A stretch of DNA of 64,000 nucleotides from NCBI GenBank assembly GCA_951406725.2, contig OX597822.1, forward strand, positions 5,394,001-5,458,000, read 5' to 3'. The translations under genes and the position numbers were made by a program. This document shows, piece after piece, positions 12,359-23,490 of this stretch; positions within the stretch are counted from its first letter, which is position 1, and each line of letters starts with the position of its first letter. The notes under the pieces are model-generated. The model searched no databases. It had not been told where the DNA came from and saw nothing but the letters and a program-made list of their open reading frames with translations. The DNA is from Octopus vulgaris. Its lineage: Eukaryota.

Positions 12359-12520
12359 AAGAACTGCAGCAGTGAAGAATTATGATAGAGAAGAACTGCG
12401 ATGGAGGAGAACTGCGATGGAGAAGAACTGCAAAGGAGAAGAACTGTGATGGAGAAGAACTGTGATGGAGAAGAACTGCAAAGAAGAAGAACTGTGATGG
12501 AGAAGAACTATGACAGAGAG
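12359..12520. repeat. 16-bp minisatellite (aagaactgtgatggag), about 10 units
   Basis: Units read directly, with variants such as aagaactgcaaaggag and aagaactgcgatggag. Confidence 0.85.
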
Positions 12521-13569
12521 CTATGATGGTGATGACAGAAAAGACAGCAAAGAGTAATACAAAAGGATGAAAGAGGAGAATATATTAAAAAGAATATAGA
12601 TTATGTGCATGAAAGGAATATACTAGAAGACAGAAGATTAAAAGATGAAGATAAAGAAAGAAAGGTGTAAGGAAAAAGAAATAGAGAAAATGATTATAGA
12701 GTAGACTATGGAAGAAGTTGATAGAAGGAAACGAAGAGTATAACAGAATCTCTAATCTATCCATGCAGTTACGCTTTAGCATATAAACAAGGTAAAAGAA
12801 ATATTTTCTTTCATACCTTTCTTTCTATGACCAAATTATATTTCATTTTGTTTGTTCTTGTTCTGATTTGATTTTCTCCTCCAAAACTGAGCTAATCTTT
12901 CTAAATGTGGCAAAGTGAACAAAATAAGAGATGCCTGAAAGTTCTAATTTACCAACACACTCTTAATGAAATCAATGAGACATCGGGAACTTGATTGAGC
13001 TTTGTTTTATAGTTTTTTGTTTTTTTTATAGATATCATTCAGTATAGTTTTTTTCTTTCTTCTCTTTCTTGTGTTGGGATAAACTGTTTGGCAAGATTAA
13101 TTTTTTTTTTAACACAAAAGCTGATAAAAACAAGGGTCTCATACAAACTAATTAAAGAGTAAAAAGCGATCGTAATGACTGGGTGAATATGGTACAGTGT
13201 CTTATTCTTAAATAAAAGATTCACTTGTTCATATCCTGCCACCAAGTGTTGCACTTTTGACAAAGCAGGTAAAAATATAAATATCATATAGTTTTCATGT
13301 AAATTAGTAGAGACTAAAAAGTTATTGGTTCCCCCCCCCCCTTTAGTCAGAAAGGAAAGCAGAGCTCATGGTTCTTCACAGAGCCTCCAAGACTAGTGGA
13401 AATGAGAAAAGAAGTACTCTCAAACCAGAAATTTGACCTGAATACTTAGACTAGAGTAGACTTTGCTAAAGGCACATACGGTGCCTAGTGGTAATGTTAA
13501 CCACTTTGTTTTACTATAGTTCTGTTGACATATACTACCTTTATATCAATTAAGTTTTAGAATAATGAA

Positions 13570-13980
13570 GGCATAGGAGTGGGTGTGTGGTAAGTAGCTT
13601 GCTTACCAACCAGATGGTTCCAGGTTCAGTCCGACTGTGTAGCACCTTGGGCAAGTGTCTTCTACTATTACCTTGGGCCGACTAAAGTTTTGTGAGTGGA
13701 TTTGGTAGACGGAAACTGAAAGAATCCCGTTGTATATATGTGTGTATATATATATATATATATGTACATGTGTGTCTGTTTTTGTCCCCCCAACATCACT
13801 TGACAACCAATACTGGTGTGTTTACATCCCTGTAACTTAGCGGTTTGGCATAAGAGACCGATAGAATAAGTACTAGGCTTACAAAGAATAAGTCCTGGGG
13901 ATGATTTGCTTGACTAAAGGTGGTGCTCCAGCATGGCCACCGTCAAATGACTGAAACAAGTAAAAGAGAGAAAGAGAAAG
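13570..13980 (+). mobile_element. SINE family A, full length
   Basis: Colinear with 1752-2124 from head to (aaagag)n tail. Confidence 0.9.
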
Positions 13981-14013
13981 TGGTGCAGACATGGCTTGCA
14001 GGCATAGCTTGCA

Positions 14014-14375
14014 AGCACAGGCTATGGCTATGTGGTAAGAAGCTTTCTTCCCAACTAAATGGTTCTTGGTTCAGTCCCACTGTGTGGCACCTTGAGCAAG
14101 TGTCTTCTACGATAGCCTTGAGCTAACCAAAGCCTTGTGTGTGTATTTATGTGTGTATATCTTTGTGTCTGAGTTTGTTCTCCCACCATTACTTGATGAC
14201 TATTTGGTGTGTTTACATCCCAATAACTTAGAGGTTCGGCAAAAGAGACCAATAGTTTAAGTACTAGGCTTACAAAAAATAAGTCATGGAGTTGATTTCT
14301 TCAACTAAAATCCTTTAAGGCAATGCTCAAACATGGCCGCAGTCAAATGACCGAAACATGTAAAAGAATAAAAAA
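14014..14375 (+). mobile_element. SINE family A, tandem second copy
   Basis: Colinear with family A, with an internal deletion. Confidence 0.85.
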
Positions 14376-14404
14376 ATTCATTTAGAATAACTGTAATAGA
14401 TGAA

Positions 14405-14532
14405 GACATGTTTCCCAACCACATGGTTCTGGGTTCAGTTTGAGCAAATGTCTTTGGCTATAGCTTCAGACCAACCAAAACCTTGGGAGTCAGAAACTGA
14501 AAGAAGCCTGTGATATATCTGTCCATTTATCT

Positions 14533-14572
<40 letters not shown>

Positions 14573-15054
14573 TTTTATTCTTTTACTTATTTCAGTTATT
14601 TGATTGTAGCCATGCTGGAGCACCACCTTTAGTTGACTACGACTTGGTTGTCAAGTGAGGGTGACAAACACAGACACACAAACATATACTTATATATATA
14701 TATATATATATATATGATGGGCTTCTTTCAATTTCCATCTACCAAATACATTCACAGGGCTTTGGTTGGCCTGAGGTGCCACACATTGGGACTGAACCCT
14801 GAACCATGTGGTTCGAAAGCAAGCTTCTTACCACACAGCCATACCAGTGCCTAAGTGTTTGTGTATGTGTGTGTGCGCGCACGCACGCACGTGTGTGCAT
14901 GCGTGTGTATCTGAATTTGTCCCACCATCACTTGACAACCGATGTTGGTGTGTTTACGTCCCCATAACTTAGCGGTTTGGCAAAAGATACCATTAGAATA
15001 AGTACCATTCATAGAAAAAAAAAGTACTGGAGTCAATTCATTCAACTAAAATTC
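14405..15054 (+). mobile_element. SINE family A host copy split by a nested inverted copy
   Basis: 5' half 14405-14570 (..gaaactgaaagaagcc + (AT)n) and 3' half 14852-15054 (GT repeat, cttgacaaccgatgttggtgtg.., aagtact). Confidence 0.8.
14571..14851 (-). mobile_element. SINE family A inserted antisense into the microsatellite of another family-A copy
   Basis: tcttttattcttttacttatttcag..ccatgctggagcacc..cttaccacacagcca is the reverse complement of the family-A tail and head. Confidence 0.85.
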
Positions 15055-15587
15055 ACTTACCTATTTTGACTGCTCACAGACATCCCTTATTTCTCATTTA
15101 TTGTCTCAGACCATTCCATTAGAGCATGCACTGACTGACAGGGCTGTCTTTGATTACACAATCAATTCAGCTGTAACTGAAGATTTGGTCATATCTCATA
15201 CTTTATTACTTTTATACTTTAACTCATAAATTCTAGTGGTACTTTCTCTATATAGATCTCTCAGTCATGTTAGAAGCTAGAAATTTTGATGGAATGTAGT
15301 TAGTTCCATGTATTAAAGAATATATATAACAATTGTATGAATTTGGATAGAAATTGGTAATATGGATGTAATGGTTGTTAGGGTACATTGTGAATGTGAT
15401 TTTTACCTGTTGTCATATCATTGTTAGCAGTTCAGGTAGGTTAAAAGCAGGTTATGCTGATAACAGGTAGGTGTTTCCACATATATTTACAAAATTCCAA
15501 TTCTTACACATTGATTTCCTATCTTAGAGCTGAATTTGTGCACTTGTAAGTTGTAAGCTATACAACTATAAACAAAAAAAAATCATT

Positions 15588-15729
15588 GAGATATGTCTTC
15601 ATCTCTGCCATTGATGCGCAGAAGGTAGCATTGCCATGTTGATATGCATAGCTTATGGTCTCATCGTTCATCCTGACAAAAGTTTCTTTAAGAAAATGCT
15701 GAAGTAAATACTCAATGGACTTTGCTTTT
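15588..15729 (-). mobile_element. piggyBac-type transposase fragment
   Basis: KSIEYLLQHFLKETFVRMNDETISYAYQHGNATFCASMAEMKTYL resembles the start of the piggyBac DDE_Tnp_1_7 domain (SPLEYF..FF....IV.ETNRYA......EMK.FL). Short and recognised by eye. Confidence 0.5.
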
Positions 15730-16066
15730 CAGTTCAAAGGTTTTCTAAGGCCTGCATCACTAATGAATGCATTGATGCAGTTATGGACTACACAATCACT
15801 CCTACTGAGAATCAATAAATTATAAATTATAGAGTATCATTTAGATCACTTGTGTGTGCAGACAACACTGAAATATCATTCTGATTAGTTTCTCCAAGCC
15901 CAAGCTCTCTTTCACAGATCAAATCATTATTAGGTAATAACAAATAAATCATTGATAAATGTTATCATTGCTTGAGGTATTATCTGTTAAGATGCTCAAA
16001 AGCTGAAGGAAAATTATCTGAACAAATCAATTCAATAAGCCACAAAGAAAAATGCACATTGTGCAA

Positions 16067-16090
16067 ACAGGAAGTCATGTGACAGGAAGT
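16067..16090. promoter_or_regulatory. Candidate ETS-Mbox-ETS composite element
   Basis: ACAGGAAGT-CATGTG-ACAGGAAGT: two identical ETS consensus sites overlapping GTCATGTGAC (MITF/TFE/USF-type E-box), in unique sequence. Confidence 0.35.
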
Positions 16091-19025
16091 TCTCTCTAAA
16101 ATTAGGTCAAACTTTGTTTCTTGGACAAAGAGTATTTCGTTCTTGTTTTCCAACCAGAAACTGGTACCAGTTGCTGTTACCTGTGGTACAGGATTTAAAG
16201 AGTCAATAAATTTCCTGCATTCATTTTTAAGAAACTATATTTGAACAAATGACCCCATCTTTCATTGCTCCTAAACTCTACTCAAAGATCTCAATCTGGA
16301 ACTTCTTCTAAAATACTTATGTTAGTCTCATTATTCCTGCAGATGTCAACCTACAAATGTTCAAACTGAACATAAACTGCATTCATCTCAAGTCTTAGAG
16401 GTCCTGAAAAATGTCTTGGATACTGACCCTTCTCTTAAATAATCAATAAAATAGTCGGTAGGTTAATGATTTTTCCACTATAAATAACACAGTTTCTTTC
16501 TAGTAAACAATCCTAATTAGTTTTGATATGAATATTAAGAGTAGAAGATAGCTGAATCCTCAGCAGAATTCTTAATACTAATTCAATTTCACATCAGTAG
16601 TATTGGTATTACACTTGGGAAAGTTATACTAAATTTGAGTCTTTAAATAAAAATTATCATCATTTGTCTTTACAAAATACTTTGATACAATGGTAAAACC
16701 AACCAACTGTATCACATCAATTCTTTTTTTTTTTCTGGTGGAAGCAGTGCCATACTTAAAGAAATGGCAATGCCTATGCATGAAGTAGTAGAGTATCAGA
16801 GAAAACAATGATAGTATATTCTCTCCAACATTGGTATTTTCTTGAAAAATGCTAATAAATACCATGTGAGCAAGAGAAGTTGATTGGTCAACACTGTACA
16901 CAGAAAAGCACTATAGTATTTACTTTTATCCTTCTCAGTCACATGTCCAAATTTCAAAAGGTATATTGTTATCTTTCAGAGAGTGGATAATTACAAAAAA
17001 AAAAAATAAATAAATAAAAGTCCATGTGATATACAGGGATAAATTATATCAATTATACTTATATCTACAGAATTGGTTATGTCCTTCAACAAATATTAGC
17101 ATAATTGTAGAGCACTGTGGCGGTGGAGTAGGAAAGATACTAGATTCTTCGATTAGTAGTCATATCACTGCAGGCACTAAATTCTGTCAGTTGGCAACAG
17201 ACTCGGCCCTGTTTGCTTGGCAAAGAAAGACTCAAAGTCTTATCAAGAGGCTCCCATCTCTATCAAACATATACTCACTCCAACAATATCATCACCATCA
17301 CTTCGATTTCATACTTTATTATACATTCATCAATTCAGGAAGGAAAGGGAAGAAAACCGTCTATATTCAGCATAGCATGCAATTATTTTATGTACAAGAA
17401 TGAATAGCTATATCTCAACCACATTCATTGACATGTTTATGTCTGTGTATATAGTGCTAGACACACACACACACACATTTTGTGTAGTTGACAAACAAAT
17501 ATATATGAACAGTAAAGAAGTAGCATTGGTCTAGCTAATTCGGTAAGTATGAATATGAAAAGTAATGGAAACAAAAATAAGAACATGGTTTATAAACTAG
17601 ATATATAGAATACAGAATGCAAACATGTTGCTGAATGTATGGGTTGTTTTCTTTGTGCTTTTCATGTCCCCGCCTTCACCGACTCCAAGACTGATAAGCA
17701 GGATCTATCAACACATGAAATAGCACTTTAAAAAAATTCTGCTGTCGTTATGGAAGTGCCCATTGGCTTGAATGACTGTCCAACTATTCGAATATCAATA
17801 TATTGACATCTGACTATCAGAAAGATCAATAAATTGATCCAAAATATACTTGAAGTTTCACATCAATCAAAAAATAAGAAATAAAAAATAAATAGAAATA
17901 CATACAAAAACAAGATGGATTTATTGTTGAGAGAGAAATATAATAACGAAACAAATATAAATAAAAATGATGCCGAATCCCACAGAGATCAATAGAAATG
18001 ATATGAAATATTGAAGAGAGAAAATATCTCTCTCTACCTCTCCATATATATATATATATATATATATACGCAGATATACATACATATATGTATCTCCTTT
18101 ATTTGTCTATTTTTGTGAATGTATCAAATTGGATGGGGCTATAACAGAGAAAATGATGATGATGATGATAATAATCCTTTATTTATTCAATAATAATAAT
18201 AATAATAATATGTAGATAGATGTCTGAAAGATTTCTCATAGAGACAAACCAAATATGACTATTTGAAAGAGTTCCTAAGCTTTGTGGCCAGCATAAAAGT
18301 TTTTGTTTATGGAAGGGGATAAAAAGAAGTTAGTTTCTAGTCCAATATGCTAAATAAATATATAAAACCTCTCATATAGCAAGATGGCGATAGTGGACAT
18401 GGTCTGTCGGTGTTAAACCACATGATTTTTTTTTTTCAGTTTTTCTTGTAAGATAAGTAATTCATCAAATTTCAAATACATATAGATAGATATTCTTTTA
18501 TTCTATTAATAATACTTCTATCTATTTATTTATTAGATAATTTCTTCAATATATCATGTAGGTATTGTGTAACACCAGTCATTTCTACTCAAATATAGAC
18601 AGTCAATCTGTATTTCCTTGTATTTACTAGGGCGCTGCTTCTCTTAAGATTTAAAAAAGACAAATGCTTAGTCCACCTTTAAAGAAGGCAAAGAGATGCC
18701 AAAAGAGATTTGCTTGTTATATAAAGTAGGCCATATGACTCTAGAAACAACTTAGCAGATATGAGACATGAGATTCTTAGGTACAACAATAATTTCTATA
18801 AGGGAAGAATATGATTGGAGTAAACAGTTGTGTATTGATTACTGTTACATATTCTATTGAGGGACATTTAGGGAAAGGTCAGCCCAGCATGATATAAACC
18901 CAGAGATACAACACTAAATATAATACATTAAAGCTGGTACTCTGAGCCATATTTTATTTTAGATATGAAATATTAGGAAGAGATAAGGTTCATAAAAGAA
19001 CTACATAAAAAAAAAACCTTTCATA

Positions 19026-19456
19026 TTGGTTTCAAATTTTGGTACAAGGCCAGCAGTTATAAGGAAGATGGACAGGTCAGTTATTTCAATCTCTAGAGTT
19101 GAACAGTTACTTATTTTATCAACACCAAAAGAATAAAAGGCAAAGTTGACCTAAGTGGAATTTGAACCCAGAATCTAAAGAGCCAGAAGAAATGTTGCTA
19201 AGCTTTTTGTCTATCTCATCAATGATTCTACCAGCTCGTTATCATAACAAACCATTTAATTTTGACACAAAGCCAGCAGTTTTTAGGGGGTGAGTAAGTC
19301 AATTAAATCAACTCCAGTGCTCAACTGGTACTTATTTTCTCGACACTCAAAAGGATGAAAAGCAAAGTTGAGGAGCTCAGCAGGACTTGAACTCAGAATG
19401 CATAGATGAGAGAAATACCACTGAGCATTTCACCTGGTTTGCTAACTCACTGCCTT
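19026..19456 (-). mobile_element. Two tandem family-B SINE copies
   Basis: Two occurrences of acttatttt..aaaggatgaaa(g)gcaaagttga..ttgaac(t)cagaa (reverse complement of the family-B core) at about 19026-19245 and 19255-19456. Confidence 0.75.
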
Positions 19457-19616
19457 AACAAACCTTTTAATATTAAAACCAACTAGTTGGGATTATACAT
19501 ATATAATATACAAAGGGAACAATATTCACACACCATACATTTTTTTATCACTTCTTAATAGTTTGAATTTGAGATCATAGATATTAAATACTAAAAAAAA
19601 AGAAAGAAGTGTTTAA

Positions 19617-19838
19617 CCCTTTTGAGACTAATCCACCTGAGACAGCTCTGGTTCTACAATACAAACTTCATATTTTAGAATGACCTAAATTAAAACTGTC
19701 AATTAAAGTTTCATGTTAATTCCTGTTTCAAACATTGACTTAGAAATGGCTAAAGTATTTTTCTTAAATTTTCCATTATTTTCATAATTAATTGAAACAA
19801 AGATTGTGTATTTCAACTGAAAAATGGTAACTGAAGGG
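19617..19838. mobile_element. TTAA-type MITE family P1
   Basis: ttaa-cccttttgagac ... ggtaactgaaggg-ttac; internally similar to 28759-28985. Confidence 0.75.
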
Positions 19839-20044
19839 TTACACAATAAACAGACATTTAAACTTAAGTGCCATATAACCAGGGTAAATCCTTCCTTAGG
19901 TACACTATTTGAATAATTACAGAATTTAAACAAATTGAAAATATATTACATTTGTAAGATTTCAATCAATATTGAAAAAAAGAAAATTACTGGACACTGA
20001 AATAAGTACTATGATATCATGAGAATAAGCCACTTCAATAGATA

Positions 20045-20444
20045 TCTTTATATATAAAAGTGAAGTTGTGTGTCTGTCTCCTACGATTTAGATTCCTAAC
20101 TACTCCCACATTATGCGGTGCAGTTTAACCAAAACCGGGTATCTTATAGTCGTGATTCATATCGAGCCCTTCTGAGTATTAGCGCACATCTACGATGAGT
20201 CTACGATTTGAAAAAGAATTTACCATCATTTTTTTTCCATTTTAATGCATTTTTTTCGCTATTATATAAGGGAAATAACTCTCTAAAAATGTCTACGATG
20301 AGTCAACGATTTTTAAAAACATTTACCATCATTTTATTTTCATTTTTAATGCATTTTTTTGCTATTTTTTGGCTATAACTCTCTAAAAATGCTTATATAG
20401 TTATTTCCCTTACAAACCCGAGCAACGCCGGGCGATACTGCTAG
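20045..20444 (+). mobile_element. Non-autonomous Helitron (400 bp)
   Basis: Inserted between A (20044) and T (20445). Starts TCTTTATATATAAAA; ends with GC-rich hairpin cccgagcaacgccggg then CTAG. Internal tandem duplication of about 100 bp (20189-20291 / 20292-20391). Confidence 0.88.
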
Positions 20445-20549
20445 TTTCAATATATTTCACATTTTCTGAAGGTCGATTTCATTGTTCATCCTTCTGGTAT
20501 TAATGAAATAAACAACAGTAATATACTGAAGAATTTTAGTTGATTATGT

Positions 20550-20933
20550 AGGTTGGGTGGTAAGAAGCATGCGTCCTAACCACATGGTTCTCGGTTCAGT
20601 CCCATTGCATGGGCAAGTGTCTTCTACTATAGCCTTGGAGCAATCAAAACCTTGTGAGTAGATTTAATAGGTGGAAACAGAAAGAAGCCCATTGTTTATA
20701 TGTGTATATGTGTATGAGAGTGTGTGTTTATGTCTGTCTCCTATTACTGTTTAGTAACCAGTATTGGTGTGTCTATGTCCCTGTATCTCAGCAGTTCAGC
20801 AAAAAGGACCAATAGAATTGGTACTATGCTTAAAAAAAATAAGGACTGGGATTGATTCTTTTAGCTAAAATTCTTCATGGTGGAGCCCCAGCAAGGTCAC
20901 AGTCATACAAAGGAAACGAGTAAATGATAAAAA
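20550..20933 (+). mobile_element. SINE family A, decayed
   Basis: Colinear with family A. Confidence 0.8.
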
Positions 20934-22204
20934 CATCTCTAAAAAAACTTTATAATTGGATCAAATCAAAAGAAATCCTTTTGATTCAAGTGGTAGAACA
21001 ATAGATTAGTGGTAGAACATTGAATATCCTTATAATCTTTTGTATTGCCCCTCAACATTCAAATCCTCAATCCCAGTATCTATACATTATCTTCCATTCG
21101 TATGGTCGTTGTTCAATACAGCTGACTTTTCTTCTTTAAAAGTCTATGACCTTGTGCCAACAGGAAAAAACAACATTTAAAATGTAATTTCGTAACATTT
21201 ATTGATATTTACATTATACTGAATAATAGACATGTGGCATTTATTTAATGAAAGAATGTACAAAATTTCCCACATTATAATGTTTAATATTTAAACTACA
21301 TGGATATGACTTTCAAAATATTGAAATTAGATATGTTCAAAACCAGCAGATTTTATGCTCTGCATCTTTAATGTAACATCCCCAATGTATCAGGTGACAG
21401 AGTATCAAGTGCACACCACTCCCACAGAACTGTATACTTAGATGGCTATACTGAACAAACAAGCAGCACGATTTTTCAATATAATTTTTATCATATTAAA
21501 TTCATTTAATATATGAATGTTTGCATTATTCACAATAGTGGGGTGGAAAAATACAAATATTATAGAAATTAACATAGTTGTTATCCTCACATAAATCATT
21601 ATTTTGTTTTAAATGCCTCTTGAATTCTTTTGATGATACATTTTACCAGGTCACAATCCAAAGCATTCTGCACACTGCTTGCTCTTTTTATGCAAGGAAA
21701 ACAGATAATTTAACACCAAAATATATTACAAACTTCAGGGGAAATGAAATATAAAACCACTTTTAATAGGATCTGAACTGAGAAATACAAATAATTAAAC
21801 TGTTCCCATTTGCTAAGGAAGTTGTGTCAGGAAGGGCATCTGACTGTAAAACAATGCTCTAAACAACATATTCATCCAACGTAGGCAAGCACAAGAAAAT
21901 GAACATAAAACAAAATCTGTCGACATTATTTATCAATGAAATCTCAAAATGTTGGACTTCAAATTTTTTTTATCACTCATAATATGACTATTAGTATCAT
22001 TAGGGTTGTAAATGGTAGAAACAAATGAGCACTGGAGAAGATACTAAGCAAGCCTTTAACATTTTGATTTTTAATTCCACCTGGATAGACTTGATCATTG
22101 ATCTTTTCATAGGCTGATTTAATTTAATAGCTGTTCTCCTCCACCTAATTTTCCTTCAAAATTTATGGCCCTGTGCCAATATTTTGAATTATTATTATTA
22201 AAGT

Positions 22205-23085
22205 TTGTGAGCTGGCAGATTCATTAGTACATCAGGCAAAATGCTGAGTGGCATTTTGTCTGTGGTATTTTTGCGGCGAGCTGGCAGAAACGTTAGCACG
22301 CCGGGTGAAATGCTTAGCAGTATTTCGTCTGCCGTTATGTTGTGAGTTCAAATTCCTTTCATCCTTTTGGGGTCGATACCTATGTCTGTCCTTGTTTGTC
22401 CCCTCTGTGTTTAGCCCCTTGTGGGTAATAAAGAAATAGGTATTTTGTCCGTTTTCACATCCAGAGTTCAAATACCGCTGAGGTTGACTTAACCTTTCAT
22501 CCTTTTAGGGTCAATAAATTAAGTACTAGTTATGCACTGGGGTTGATGTAATCAACTAGTCCCCACCTCCAAATTTCAGGCCTTGTGTCTTTAATAGAAA
22601 GGGTTATTATTATTATTGAGGTGAGCTGGCAGAATGGTTCACACCAGACAAAATGCATAGCAGCATTACAACCATCTTTATGTCCTGAGTTCAAATTCTG
22701 CCCAGGTCAACTTTGCCTTTCTTCCTTTCAGTGTTGATAAAATAAAGTACCAACTGAGCACTGGGGTTGCTGTAATTAACTAGACCCTCCCCCAAAATTT
22801 CAGCCCTTGTCCCTATATTAGAAAAGATTATTTAGCATATCAGACAAGATGCTTAGCAGTATTTCATCTGTCTTTAAGTTGTGAATTCAAATTCTGCCAC
22901 GGTCACCTTTGCCTTTCATCCTTTTGGAGTCGATGAAGTAAGTATCAGTTAAGCAGTGGGGTCGATGTAGTTGACTAACCACCTCCCCCAAAATTTCAGT
23001 AGAAAGGATTATCATCATTATTATTACTATTATATGAAGGTAGTGAGCCGGCAGAATCGTCAGCACTCAGGAAAAAATGCAGCTC
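22205..23085 (+). mobile_element. Cluster of about 5 head-to-tail family-B SINEs, including one nested copy
   Basis: Copies at about 22205-22603 (host), 22273-22438 (nested, CpG-rich), 22618-22830, 22833-23008 and 23038-23085, mostly separated by (ATT)n. Confidence 0.85.
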
Positions 23086-23119
23086 CTCTCATCCACAAGT
23101 TCATATATATGCACATATA

Positions 23120-23490
23120 GGCACAGATATGGTTGTGTAGTAAGAAGCTAGCTTCCCAACCACATGGTTCTGGGTTCAGTCCCACTGCATGGCAACTTGG
23201 GCAAATGTCTTCTATTATAGCCTTTAGTGGATTTAATAAACAGAAACTAAAAGAAGCCCTGTGTGTATGTGTTTGTTTATCCAACCACCACCATCTGACA
23301 ACTGGTGTTGATAGGTTTAAGTTCTTATAACTCAGCAGTTCAGCAAAAGTAACCAATAGAATAAGTATCAGTCTTTAAAAAAAATAAGTACTGGGCTCAA
23401 TTCATTCAACTAAAAATTCTTCAAGGTGGTGCCCCAGTATGGCCACAGTCTAATGACTGAAATGAGTAAAAGATAAGAAATAAAAGATAT
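23120..23490 (+). mobile_element. SINE family A
   Basis: Colinear with family A. Confidence 0.85.

Noticed and set aside
12359-12520. Regularly spaced repeats considered as a CRISPR-like array
   Set aside because: Contiguous 16-bp units without unique spacers, in eukaryotic DNA.
18361-18390. TATAAAA followed by YY1-like caagatggcg
   Set aside because: TATA-like words are ubiquitous in this AT-rich DNA, the spacing is unconvincing and the ATG opens only 10 codons.
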